A DNA stretch of 64,000 nt, taken from assembly GCA_964355675.1 (NCBI GenBank), contig CAYHEC010000010.1:41160-105159 (forward strand), read 5' to 3'. Origin of the DNA: an uncultured Caldithrix sp. (GTDB taxonomy: Bacteria > Electryoneota > AABM5-125-24 > Hatepunaeales > Hatepunaeaceae). The translations under genes and the position numbers were made by a program. The notes beneath the pieces were generated by a model, which did no database searches, was not told the DNA's origin, and saw nothing but the letters and a program-made list of their open reading frames with translations. The stretch's first letter is position 1. The number at the start of each line of letters is the position of its first letter. Below are positions 19,999 to 29,699 of this stretch, one piece after another.

Positions 19999-21149
19999 TA
20001 GTAGGTAAGTTTTTTGTCGATTTTTAATTCGATTGTAGATAGAATATCAGCGATTCGGTCTCCGGCACAGCCATCGCCGTATAGACTATCTGATGGGTAA
20101 TGTCCATGTGCAAGCTGGTGGGCAATTGCTTCTGTAATCTCTTGATGATCGTATCCGACATCCAACACATTCGAAGCGCGATCCCGACCACCCTGCCGAC
20201 TACCAATATTTACCACAGGAACTCCCAAGAAGGAAGATTCCCGTATTCCAACGCTTGAATTGCCAATTAGACAACGAGCTTGAGTGAGTAGATTCAGAAA
20301 ATCTTCAGGTGGTAAATTCTTATAAAAATATATATTACGAATATCATTTTGCTCGCGGAATAATCTCATCCCTTTAGAGATATGGTCAGAACCTGCGTCA
20401 ACATTGGGCCAGAACCAGAAAGTCGGCAGGTCAAGAGTTTTGACAGCCTTAAGGGTTTCGGTAATTTGAAAGAGCCCCTCATCGACTTCGGTCGTCACCG
20501 GATGTTGCATTACAATCAAATATCCGTTTTCAAGATTGAATGTGTGCCCAACTCCGCCATATTTGACCAAAGGGTTAAAATGCGAAATTGGATTCTTCTT
20601 GACTCGATCAGCCAAATCTATGGATGGACAACCGGTAATGAAAATCGTAGTAGGATCTTCCCCCATTTTTTCCACACGAACTTTGGCTTGAGAGTTAGAA
20701 ACGAAGTGAAAATTTGAGAGTTTGGTTACAGCATGCCGGACTTTCTCATCGATAGAGCCTGTTACTTCCCCGCCTTGAACGTGAGCAACGGTGATATTCA
20801 AATAGGATGCGGCTATAGCCGTTGCGATTGTCTCGTATCGATCTGCAACAGTTACAACAATATCAGGCTTGAGATTATCGAAAATCGTAGCAAGCTCAAC
20901 AACGCCTAATCCGGTTGATTTGGCGGCGGTGACAAGATTCTCACCCTCCAAAACCATATAGACAACGGCGTCGGGTGTAAAGCCATCACTCCGAATAACA
21001 TCGATGACAGGTCCATAACGCTCCAGGAGCGCCGAGGCGCCTACCACCAATTGTAATTTTAAATCCGGATGCAACTGCACAGCCTCCAGAACAGTCTTAA
21101 TACGAGAATAGCTTGGGCGCGCGGTTACAACGATACAGATATTTCGGAT
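19998..21149 (-). CDS. UDP-N-acetylglucosamine 2-epimerase, NeuC/WecB family; 5' end extended beyond the track ORF, candidate ATC start
   Basis: 'HVQGGEVTGSIDEKVRHAVTKLS' core motif; in-frame upstream codons encode 'RNICIVVTARPSYSRIKTVLEAV', which is the conserved NeuC/WecB N-terminus, with no ATG/GTG/TTG between the in-frame TAA TAA (21162-21167) and the GTG at 21080. Confidence 0.8.
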   Translation of the reverse strand: MRNICIVVTARPSYSRIKTVLEAVQLHPDLKLQLVVGASALLERYGPVIDVIRSDGFTPDAVVYMVLEGENLVTAAKSTGLGVVELATIFDNLKPDIVVTVADRYETIATAIAASYLNITVAHVQGGEVTGSIDEKVRHAVTKLSNFHFVSNSQAKVRVEKMGEDPTTIFITGCPSIDLADRVKKNPISHFNPLVKYGGVGHTFNLENGYLIVMQHPVTTEVDEGLFQITETLKAVKTLDLPTFWFWPNVDAGSDHISKGMRLFREQNDIRNIYFYKNLPPEDFLNLLTQARCLIGNSSVGIRESSFLGVPVVNIGSRQGGRDRASNVLDVGYDHQEITEAIAHQLAHGHYPSDSLYGDGCAGDRIADILSTIELKIDKKLTY

Positions 21150-22111
21150 AGTAAAATACCTTTATTAAAATTTGATGTTGAAATAAAAGACATTAGCTTT
21201 TCAGCCATAAATCGCTCTGTCGCATGCATCGACTGCCATGTTGCGCCACCGAGATGAGGTGTGATTAACAAATTCTCATTGGTTCTTGCATAATCGATCA
21301 GTATGTTCGAAGTATCAGTATTTGTTCTTTCCTCTGACAATACATCGAGTGCGGCGCCGGCTAAATGACCAGATTTCAGATGCTCAAGAAGTGCCGGATC
21401 ATCAATAATTGCTCCCCGCGAAGTATTTATCAATAATGATCCTTTGGGTAGCCAATCGAATTCTTCGGAACCGACCATCCCGGATGTATCTGCATTTAAA
21501 GGGACATGGATCGAAAGGACATCACAATTCTGAAAAAGCTCCTTCATGGTGTTATAGCGAACAAGACTGGGATGATTAAAATCCTCAATATCAAAATATC
21601 CAACCGACATCTTGAAAGCTTGCCCGAAACTTGCGACTTGTTTCCCCACTCGACCAAGACCAAGGATGCCAAGCCGTTTTCCAGCTAATTCAATTCCTTT
21701 AAAACGATCGCGATCCCACTGACCTTCACAAACAGAATTGAAGGCTTGAGGTATATTTCTCGCAAGTGAAAGTAATAGCGCCCAGGTATGCTCGGCAGTG
21801 GCGCGAATTGAAGAAAGAAACTCGTACTCACCACGAAGACTTAATACGGTAATCCCCAATTGCTTAGCAGAGTCCATGTCGATATGATCGACTCCGGTCG
21901 TTGGTGTGACTATCACTTTTAGTCTATGCCCTGAAGACATAAGTTCTTTATCAATATTGTGTTTCAGTCGTGTAATTAACACTTCGATAGACGGGATTTC
22001 GGTCAATAGCTCTTGTCTGGTCAGCTCTCCTTCACAATATTCACCCAACTTCTTATAAATATTCTGCGCTTCTGATGAGTAGTCAGACGGTTCAAGATTC
22101 CATATTCGCAC
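21125..22111 (-). CDS. D-isomer-specific 2-hydroxyacid dehydrogenase family (NAD-binding)
   Basis: 'GKRLGILGLGRVGKQVA' Rossmann motif and 'NTSRGAIID' / 'AALDV' catalytic region typical of D-2-hydroxyacid dehydrogenases. Confidence 0.8.
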   Translation of the reverse strand: MRIWNLEPSDYSSEAQNIYKKLGEYCEGELTRQELLTEIPSIEVLITRLKHNIDKELMSSGHRLKVIVTPTTGVDHIDMDSAKQLGITVLSLRGEYEFLSSIRATAEHTWALLLSLARNIPQAFNSVCEGQWDRDRFKGIELAGKRLGILGLGRVGKQVASFGQAFKMSVGYFDIEDFNHPSLVRYNTMKELFQNCDVLSIHVPLNADTSGMVGSEEFDWLPKGSLLINTSRGAIIDDPALLEHLKSGHLAGAALDVLSEERTNTDTSNILIDYARTNENLLITPHLGGATWQSMHATERFMAEKLMSFISTSNFNKGILLSEISVSL

Positions 22112-23118
22112 TATGCGAAGTCCTCTTCAGTTACCGGTCTGTTTTCGAGAACATCGTTCTTCAGTCTGCGTCCAATAATGGTTTCCAATTTGTCGAATCG
22201 CAAGCCTGCTCCGGCTTTCTTTAGAGTAACATCGTTCCTGGCTAAAACGCTCCCGGCTTTAAGATCATGAGAAGCAACCAGACTTTTTGCGAATATACTC
22301 CGAGTGGTTGAAAGCTCTTCGGCTATGGTATTTTTGGTCACGGGATTATTCTGGACCGTTTCGATAAACCTCACACCTGCCACCAAGTCTTTCAATTCCG
22401 AGGTAGTTATCGATGAGGAAACATCGGGGCCAAACATTTCTCGAGATAGGGTCACATGCACTTCAATTAGATCGACGCCGAGCATCGCAGAAGCAATCCC
22501 GGGATAGATTGTACCGCTGTGGTCGGAAAGCCCAACTTTACAACCGTAACGATTTTTATACAGCGGTATCAAATTCAATCCGACCTTTTCGGGAGGCGTA
22601 GGATACATCGATGTGCATTGTAATAAAGTAAGTTCATTCCCAAGAGTCTTGATGTACGATACAATTTCGTCTAATTCGGAAAGAGAACTCATTCCAGTAG
22701 AAATCCAAATTGGTAAAGCGGTGTCTGCCATCAATTGAAGTAGTGGCTTATTGGTGACTTCACCTGAGCCAACTTTCCATGCGGCGACACCGATTTTCGA
22801 GAGCATCTCGGCGGCTTCCATGGAAAAGGGAGAGCTTAAGAACAGCAAATTTTGTTCAACAGCATGTGCATTTAGCCCAAGCCACTGCTCCTGAGTGAAT
22901 TCCATTCGGCGCCAGTAATCATATCTGGTAGAGTCCTGATAACTGAATTTGACCCGCCATGGTTCGCTGGGAGTGCTTTCTGCCGCGGCAATATGCGTTT
23001 GAAACTTTATGCCATCAGCCCCGGTCCGTGCGACCGCATCGATGAAGGCATGGGCTTGGCCAAGACTGCCATCGTGGGTTTGGGAAACTTCGGCGATGAT
23101 CAGGATACTGTTTTTCAT
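22111..23118 (-). CDS. N-acetylneuraminate synthase family (NeuB/LegI/PseI-like nonulosonic acid synthase) with C-terminal SAF domain
   Basis: 'ILIIAEVSQTHDGSL' TIM-barrel start, 'GLSDHSG' metal-binding motif, C-terminal SAF/antifreeze-like domain. Confidence 0.9.
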   Translation of the reverse strand: MKNSILIIAEVSQTHDGSLGQAHAFIDAVARTGADGIKFQTHIAAAESTPSEPWRVKFSYQDSTRYDYWRRMEFTQEQWLGLNAHAVEQNLLFLSSPFSMEAAEMLSKIGVAAWKVGSGEVTNKPLLQLMADTALPIWISTGMSSLSELDEIVSYIKTLGNELTLLQCTSMYPTPPEKVGLNLIPLYKNRYGCKVGLSDHSGTIYPGIASAMLGVDLIEVHVTLSREMFGPDVSSSITTSELKDLVAGVRFIETVQNNPVTKNTIAEELSTTRSIFAKSLVASHDLKAGSVLARNDVTLKKAGAGLRFDKLETIIGRRLKNDVLENRPVTEEDFA

Positions 23119-23124
23119 CGAATA

Positions 23125-24180
23125 TTAATTTAAGCTATCTCTCAAATAACTTTCGAGTGTTTTCTCTATGTCCGGTCGATGCCGTATATTATAGTAATGG
23201 CGCATTTTCAATATCTTCAACTGAAGCGTACTCAAACTACTCAGGATCCGGTAGTGGGTCACAATATCGGCTGAAGCGCCGCTTTGTGCCATGTGGTTTA
23301 TTGCCAATTCAGCAGTCTGGCGAGAGTTCGCTAACAATTCCCATAATGCGATTTTTGCCCAGAACTGTTGACGTTCCCATGAATACTCGGGATTGAGGAT
23401 TTTCCTGATTAGCCACCTGAGCCTTGCTTTCCCTCTTACTTCCTTTATATTCGATACCCATTCCCCAGTTATCGGCTCTTTCTTATAATAGTCAGGAAAG
23501 TACTTTGCCCTTACTCGATTTCCTTCAATCTGTGTAGAGGTCATACTATTTGCTGATAAAGAAACAAGATATAAAGGCTCAGCTATTTCATAACCATTTG
23601 CAACTTGCAATATTCTTATCCAGAGCGGTACATCACCCATAGTAAAATCTGTATCATAACCACCGACGCTCAAAGCTACTTTCCGGTCGAAAATCACTGT
23701 AGCATCACCAAATCGGCGTCTTTTGAAAAATTGTCCAGTTAACATTTCGACACTAAGTTTTCTGGATTTAAATCTATTCTGAAAGACCTCTTCAAAAATA
23801 TGATTAAAAGGGGTTAAATACATAAAGCCAGTACCGACCATTTTATATTCGGGATTTTCTTTTAAGAATGACATTTGTTTTTCGATTCGGAGTGGGAAAC
23901 TAATATCATCAGCATCCATTCGTGCAATCCACTCCGTTGTAGCATTATCCAAACCCCATTGTAAAGCTCCCTGAAATCCAACGGGACCCAATTCAAATAC
24001 TTTTACACGGTGATCTGTTAAGAAAGTGCGGGCAATTTCGGCAGTGTTATCCGATGATCCGTTCTCTAAAACCCATAATTCAAAATCAGAGAAGGTCTGA
24101 TTAAGAATACTCCGAATCGCTGGGCGTATCGTGGATTCGGCATTATGGGCAGGAAGGAAAACTGTTAATGCAGAATTAAT
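23125..24180 (-). CDS. GT2-family glycosyltransferase; conserved N-terminus lies upstream of the track ORF, candidate ATT start
   Basis: Track ORF starts at TTG 23991 inside the domain ('RMDADD' follows); in-frame upstream codons encode 'LTVFLPAHNAESTIRPAIRSILNQTFSDFELWVLENGSSDNTAEI' (GT2 N-terminal motif) back to TAA at 24241-24243, with no ATG/GTG/TTG. Confidence 0.65.
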   Translation of the reverse strand: MNSALTVFLPAHNAESTIRPAIRSILNQTFSDFELWVLENGSSDNTAEIARTFLTDHRVKVFELGPVGFQGALQWGLDNATTEWIARMDADDISFPLRIEKQMSFLKENPEYKMVGTGFMYLTPFNHIFEEVFQNRFKSRKLSVEMLTGQFFKRRRFGDATVIFDRKVALSVGGYDTDFTMGDVPLWIRILQVANGYEIAEPLYLVSLSANSMTSTQIEGNRVRAKYFPDYYKKEPITGEWVSNIKEVRGKARLRWLIRKILNPEYSWERQQFWAKIALWELLANSRQTAELAINHMAQSGASADIVTHYRILSSLSTLQLKILKMRHYYNIRHRPDIEKTLESYLRDSLN

Positions 24181-24250
24181 TTCTAATTCTCTGACCGAAC
24201 GAGGTTCAAATTGAATATTCGAAGAACTGAATATGAAGCCTTAAAATCAA

Positions 24251-25306
24251 TTAATTTCCAAAGACACGAAGCGCTAAACGCTTACAAAAAAGTAAAGTTG
24301 AACGCGGCCATCCAGCAAGCAGAAAATAATACCAACTACTATTAGAATTTGGACTTATTTGGCGAAGCGCCGTTCTCGGATGACAAATTATTGAACGGAT
24401 AAAGTACAAACGAAACTCTGACAATTTGTGAATACTAAGTTTATCTCGCGCACATGCCATATATGCCGCAGCTTTGAACGACTTAATTTCAAAATCCTTA
24501 ATGCCCCATTTTTGCTTATCATTTTCCAATAATTGAGCGATTTTTAAAGTATCTCGTCCGAAGCCAACAACTGATGATGTTTTTGATGCCTGATGGAGTC
24601 GAAATAACGATAAAATCCGTGGTATAAATACGAAGCGCAAATCAGATAATTCTGTTATTAACCAATAATATAAATCCGCAGTCATGTCCATATCTTCGTT
24701 CAAGAATCCGACAGACTCGAAAGTCTGCCGCGTTATGAAAGTTGAAGGTTGGGCAATAGAATTGCCGCCGCGCTTGAGCGCATCAACAATGGGAGTATCT
24801 CGGCCAGAGAGTCCTACTGAGCGTCCCGTTTGGTCTATTATGACCGCTTGCCCATGAATTAAGCCAACATCAGGATTTTCTGCCCAGCAGGTGGCTACAA
24901 GGCGCATCGCCCCCAAACTGTATTGATCATCACTGTTTAGCCAGCCGATAAGATTGCCTGTCGAGATATTCCATCCTCTATTGACAGCAGGCAATTGTCC
25001 ATTGTCTTTCTCACTCACCCACTGGGTTAACCAAGGTTCGTATTTTCTGATAATATCGACGCTGTCGTCGTTGCTACCTCCATCCATAACAAAATACTCA
25101 AGATCTGGATATCCTTGTAATAAGACGGATCGAATCGTTTCTTCGATAAATTCGCCCTGATTATAGGATGGAGTACTGACACTGATTCTTGGCCAGTTAC
25201 GTCCATCAGGCATCGTGTCAGGTAACTGAGCGCTTTCCTCGTTCCATGGCCAGCCGTTTTTTCCCGTGGGCGGGGATGGCAACTCACTCAATGTAGGGCA
25301 ACGCAA
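24251..25306 (-). CDS. GT2-family glycosyltransferase
   Basis: 'ISVSTPSYNQGEFIEETIRSVLLQGYPDLEYFVMDGGSND' GT-A signature; true start probably internal Met. Confidence 0.75.
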   Translation of the reverse strand: MRCPTLSELPSPPTGKNGWPWNEESAQLPDTMPDGRNWPRISVSTPSYNQGEFIEETIRSVLLQGYPDLEYFVMDGGSNDDSVDIIRKYEPWLTQWVSEKDNGQLPAVNRGWNISTGNLIGWLNSDDQYSLGAMRLVATCWAENPDVGLIHGQAVIIDQTGRSVGLSGRDTPIVDALKRGGNSIAQPSTFITRQTFESVGFLNEDMDMTADLYYWLITELSDLRFVFIPRILSLFRLHQASKTSSVVGFGRDTLKIAQLLENDKQKWGIKDFEIKSFKAAAYMACARDKLSIHKLSEFRLYFIRSIICHPRTALRQISPNSNSSWYYFLLAGWPRSTLLFCKRLALRVFGN

Positions 25307-25389
25307 TTCTAATTTCCCCTGAACAAAATATTCCAGCTAATTCGGCAAGAAATCATAATAGTGCCCTAAGCTTAGCGAAACATAACACG

Positions 25390-26409
25390 TCATCTCCCAC
25401 GGTAAATGTTTTCGCTTTTTCCGTGTAGCTCCAAATCAAGAATCGCGATATCAGCATCAACCATCAGTTTGACCAGTTGATCAAATCGTATTTTTGGTTC
25501 CCAACCAAAATCTCGCTTTGCTTTCGACGCATCGCCGCATAGCAAATCAACTTCTGTCGGGCGAAAATAATTTGAGTCCACTTCCACGTAGTCCTTCCAA
25601 TCTAAATCGACATGGGAAAATGCCGCGTCCAAGAACTCCCTGATCGTGTGGGTTTCTCCGGTTGCACATATATAGTCGCCCGGATTATCTTGTTGCAGCA
25701 TCATCCACATCGCTTCGACATACTCAGGCGTATAACCCCAATCCCTTTTGGCGTCGAGATTGCCTAAATATAATTTTTTATCAAGTCCAGCCATGATTCG
25801 AGCCAGAGCTCGAGTGATTTTTCGCGTTACAAACGTTGGACCTCGTCGAGGAGACTCGTGGTTGAATAAAATGCCATTGCTGGCAAATATTCCGTATGCT
25901 TCGCGGTAATTCACCGTCATCCAATAGGCGTAAACTTTGGCAATTCCGTAGGGACTGCGTGGATAAAATGGGGTCGTTTCCTTCTGAGGAGTCTCGACCA
26001 CCTTACCAAACATCTCCGAGCTTGAGGCTTGATAAAAACGACATTTTAGGTTTGTCTCACGAATTGCTTCGAGTAGTCGGATAGTTCCCAGAGCGGTGAT
26101 ATCTCCAGTGTATTCAGGGATTTCAAAGCTAACCTTGACATGGCTTTGAGCGCCTAAATGATAGATTTCATCGGGTGAAAAGCGATACAAAAGTTTGATG
26201 AGACTGGTGGAATCGCTTAAATCAGCATAGTGGAGGAATAACTTGACGCCATTGATATGCGGGTCCCGGTAGAGATGATCGATGCGCTGAGTATTGAAGG
26301 TGCTGGCTCGACGGATGATTCCATGAACTTCATATCCCTTGTTGAGGAGGAACTCCGCGAGGTACGATCCGTCCTGTCCAGTGATTCCGGTGATTAAGGC
26401 TGTTTTCAT
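25390..26409 (-). CDS. gmd: GDP-mannose 4,6-dehydratase
   Basis: '[34 protein letters not shown]' is the classic Gmd N-terminus; 339 aa. Confidence 0.95.
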   Translation of the reverse strand: MKTALITGITGQDGSYLAEFLLNKGYEVHGIIRRASTFNTQRIDHLYRDPHINGVKLFLHYADLSDSTSLIKLLYRFSPDEIYHLGAQSHVKVSFEIPEYTGDITALGTIRLLEAIRETNLKCRFYQASSSEMFGKVVETPQKETTPFYPRSPYGIAKVYAYWMTVNYREAYGIFASNGILFNHESPRRGPTFVTRKITRALARIMAGLDKKLYLGNLDAKRDWGYTPEYVEAMWMMLQQDNPGDYICATGETHTIREFLDAAFSHVDLDWKDYVEVDSNYFRPTEVDLLCGDASKAKRDFGWEPKIRFDQLVKLMVDADIAILDLELHGKSENIYRGR

Positions 26410-26410
26410 A

Positions 26411-27604
26411 TTAAGGCAATGGCTGAGTTTGTGGTTTGTGGTGCAATCCAGAATTTATAATTGCTTGTTTTAACTCTCTCGCAATCATGTCTGGATCGAT
26501 TTCTTGGATACAGCGCGTTGTATCATATTTGCATTTCCAACTGCAGTTGTAACAATCCATTTTATGATTAGCTACCCTATTTATTTTTGGATTACCCCAT
26601 GGGTAGAATCGCCCAAAGTGGCCGCCACCCATTATCCCAACAGTAGGTTTACGCAATGCAACACCGGCATGGAGACCGGCAGATTCGACGCTTAAAACAG
26701 CATCCGAGGATTCTATGGCGCTGATGAATTCCCTTGTTGATGTTTTGCCGCAATGACTAGCGGCAGACTTAACATTAGCACAGGAATCAAGATACTTCAA
26801 TATCTGTTCTCCTATTATTCTGTCCTCTGGAGCCCCTAAGATATTGATGCTGAAGCGAAATTCGCTCAGCTTTTCGAGCACGAGTCTGTACTTCTCTGCA
26901 GGGTAAACTCTTGTTTGAACTGCGGCGCCCGGACAAAGGGTAAGCTTAATGCAATCAGGCTTGGCAGTAATTCTTTCCGTTGCCCATTCCTTATCTGAAC
27001 CATTGAGCCAGAATTCAGGCCAAATGTCAATCGGCTCAACTTGCATGCCCAGCATGTTGAGAAACCTTGCTGTCACCACTAATTCATGAATAAGTTCTTC
27101 ATCTTTTGTCAACTTCAATTGGGTCGAATAATACGGGGCGGCAAACTCATCCTCATGTAATGATTGATTGCAATAATCGCCTGAAATTCCGTATTTGAGC
27201 GGTGATCTAATCGACTTGAGCAACGAATGATGACCGTTTATCTTTCCGGTTGGCGAGCGAACTGGTAAAATAAGTAAATCGCATTTATATTTTCTGTTGA
27301 TACTTCTTCTGATCAGCATTCTCAAAGTATCGCTACGATAGAGCCTCCAAACTCCTTTGGAATTCTGAAACGGCAGAGTCAATAAATCTTCCCATAGAAT
27401 TATCTTATCGACGTATGGACACAATTCAATTAAATTGCGAATTCGTTCTTTAACACATATTGTGATTTCTGCATTTGGATAGAAATTCCGAATGTGCCGT
27501 AATGCACCAGAGAAAAGAATTACGTCGCCAAGGTTATCAGGACGTAATATTAAAATTCGTTTAATTATATGACTATACGATGTTAAATTGGGATTCACAT
27601 GCAT
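26411..27604 (-). CDS. GT9-family glycosyltransferase (heptosyltransferase-like)
   Basis: '[23 protein letters not shown]' N-terminal motif typical of GT9 (RfaF/RfaC-like). Confidence 0.65.
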   Translation of the reverse strand: MHVNPNLTSYSHIIKRILILRPDNLGDVILFSGALRHIRNFYPNAEITICVKERIRNLIELCPYVDKIILWEDLLTLPFQNSKGVWRLYRSDTLRMLIRRSINRKYKCDLLILPVRSPTGKINGHHSLLKSIRSPLKYGISGDYCNQSLHEDEFAAPYYSTQLKLTKDEELIHELVVTARFLNMLGMQVEPIDIWPEFWLNGSDKEWATERITAKPDCIKLTLCPGAAVQTRVYPAEKYRLVLEKLSEFRFSINILGAPEDRIIGEQILKYLDSCANVKSAASHCGKTSTREFISAIESSDAVLSVESAGLHAGVALRKPTVGIMGGGHFGRFYPWGNPKINRVANHKMDCYNCSWKCKYDTTRCIQEIDPDMIARELKQAIINSGLHHKPQTQPLP

Positions 27605-27611
27605 TAATTAA

Positions 27612-29699
27612 TTATCTAAATAGTAGCGAATCTATTTTTTGCGGTATCCTCCGGATACGCTTATATAATTTTCCATGTCTAATAGAACCATATGATAAAC
27701 CAAACCCTATATATTTCTGCGCAGGCACGCCGATCTTGTTGGATATTTTAGCATAATTTAAAATTGCCGTCGCGTGTTCTGCTAAACCTACCGACCACTT
27801 TCCGCCATCCCATTTAAGGTCTGTGCGGCAACCTTTTTGTTCAAATGCATTTGCCAGCTTGGGTTCGCGATTAATGTAGTACGAGATAACATATTCGAAA
27901 CTTTCCGGGTTCAGCCAAATATTGGGAGGTACATTACTCAAATCATTTAGTTCCTTGGCTAATTTCTCAGTAATTTGCCAATCTGATATAAACCGATAAT
28001 AACTCCTGCCTTTATTGTTATCGAGAATGTCGCGCTTTTTCTGCAAAGGTATTGTGCTTAAAATCGACTCATTTACAGTCGCAACCAATTGCAAGGCGGA
28101 AATAATTGATGTCTTAGTTAATTCCTCCAGTATGCGGTATTTGTTTTCGTCCATCGTAAACCATTCTTGCCTCAAGTTATCCACGAGAGCCGACGAATGT
28201 TCATGTTTATTTTCTACCGAAATACCAGACCGTTCAGCAAGTGAATAAGTGTATTTAAGACTATTTAACATACAAAGAAGGACTCGAATCCGGACGGGAC
28301 TACTATACGCAATCCAAATTATGTCATGCGGTATTTTTACTAATAAGTAATCTACCAACATACCGAAAAAGGCGCCTTGCGAAACTGACGACGATGAAAC
28401 ATCGCCTAAGTCTATTCCAGAAAGAAGCCTATAATTAAATATAGGAAATAGCTTTGGGAGTATTCCAATAGCACCTTCCGTGCAGACGTATGGTGGATGC
28501 GTCATGAGTAATCGAACCCATTGAGGAAAGTTTTCAGGCTTGTAATTTTGCCAGGTCAATTTCACATCGTCTGGGTACACAATCAAATAATCAAGGTCGG
28601 AAATGCCAGGTGCACCAACTTGTCCAATTTGATATATTGCAATCGGTTTTGGGGCAAGTGAGTTCCAGAATTTCGTTACAAGTTCAGTCGTTTCTTGATA
28701 ACGTTGGTCTTGAATTTGAAGAGGTAGATCAGTTACCGGGCGAGAGAAAACACGTGGACCAGGTTCCTTGGGAGCGACATCTCGTATTTTTGTTTGCATG
28801 CTATGGAGTAATGCAAGTACACGTCGCGGGAAATCTTCTCCTAAAACATTTTGAACATCGATGACTTGCTTACTATTTCGAGAATTCCGTCTTGCAATCT
28901 TTTGTAATAACGATGGACGATGAATTTGGAGCGCAAACCAAACTAATATCCGTGATGGCTTATGTCGCGGCCCAAGAGTTGCCCTTAAATTTGTCGCTAA
29001 TACTATTGGTTCCCATTCTTCTTTCGTGAAGTATTTTTCTGCGATAGGGAATGTGTCCCTTTTGTATCTAAATTCTCCTGTCATACGTTGGAGAAATAAG
29101 GCTGGTAAAATCATCAGATTCCCCAAGCAGTGTTCCACATCGTAATAATCTCTCATCATAAATGGTTTCGAACTCCAAGCATTGAAGTAACCAGAAAACA
29201 TTACAAGCATGGAATCTGTAATTTCGTTGGAAGGTACGACCATCACTTCGATTGGATCATTGGATTCAAAAAGATCAACGCCATAATTAAAGAGTATCAG
29301 TGGAAATTTCGCTTCTGGATAAGAGGACAACTCGCTTTGCATTAGATAATAGGGTTCATGATGCATAAAAGGATCGAAGGCATAAGTTAAGGCAAGAATC
29401 TCGCTACGAAGCTTATTATACTTACTCTGCATTCGCGTATCTGTTAAAGTCGAATCCTTCACAATAAACGTCAAATCTAAGTCGCTAAATCCTTCAACAT
29501 CATCAAGTGTCGCGACACTTCCATGAATAATCGCCCGTAAAAACAGATCTTTGTTTTGGTTTGCCAATTTATGCAACTTCCATACGGGCCAATATTTTGA
29601 CTGGCTGCCACCTCTGTCAAGCCATGATTGATAATTTGTGCCAGATGGAACTTGATGGATCATAATCTGTTTATCAGACTTATTCAACTTGCTTGCCAT
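27612..29699 (-). CDS. Uncharacterised protein with two Pol-beta-like nucleotidyltransferase-fold motifs
   Basis: 695 aa; 'HGSVATLDDVEGFSDLDLTFIV' and 'IGQVGAPGISDLDYLIVYPDD' both fit the G[GS]-x(9-13)-D-h-D-h nucleotidyltransferase signature; no closer family recognised. Confidence 0.4.
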   Translation of the reverse strand: MASKLNKSDKQIMIHQVPSGTNYQSWLDRGGSQSKYWPVWKLHKLANQNKDLFLRAIIHGSVATLDDVEGFSDLDLTFIVKDSTLTDTRMQSKYNKLRSEILALTYAFDPFMHHEPYYLMQSELSSYPEAKFPLILFNYGVDLFESNDPIEVMVVPSNEITDSMLVMFSGYFNAWSSKPFMMRDYYDVEHCLGNLMILPALFLQRMTGEFRYKRDTFPIAEKYFTKEEWEPIVLATNLRATLGPRHKPSRILVWFALQIHRPSLLQKIARRNSRNSKQVIDVQNVLGEDFPRRVLALLHSMQTKIRDVAPKEPGPRVFSRPVTDLPLQIQDQRYQETTELVTKFWNSLAPKPIAIYQIGQVGAPGISDLDYLIVYPDDVKLTWQNYKPENFPQWVRLLMTHPPYVCTEGAIGILPKLFPIFNYRLLSGIDLGDVSSSSVSQGAFFGMLVDYLLVKIPHDIIWIAYSSPVRIRVLLCMLNSLKYTYSLAERSGISVENKHEHSSALVDNLRQEWFTMDENKYRILEELTKTSIISALQLVATVNESILSTIPLQKKRDILDNNKGRSYYRFISDWQITEKLAKELNDLSNVPPNIWLNPESFEYVISYYINREPKLANAFEQKGCRTDLKWDGGKWSVGLAEHATAILNYAKISNKIGVPAQKYIGFGLSYGSIRHGKLYKRIRRIPQKIDSLLFR

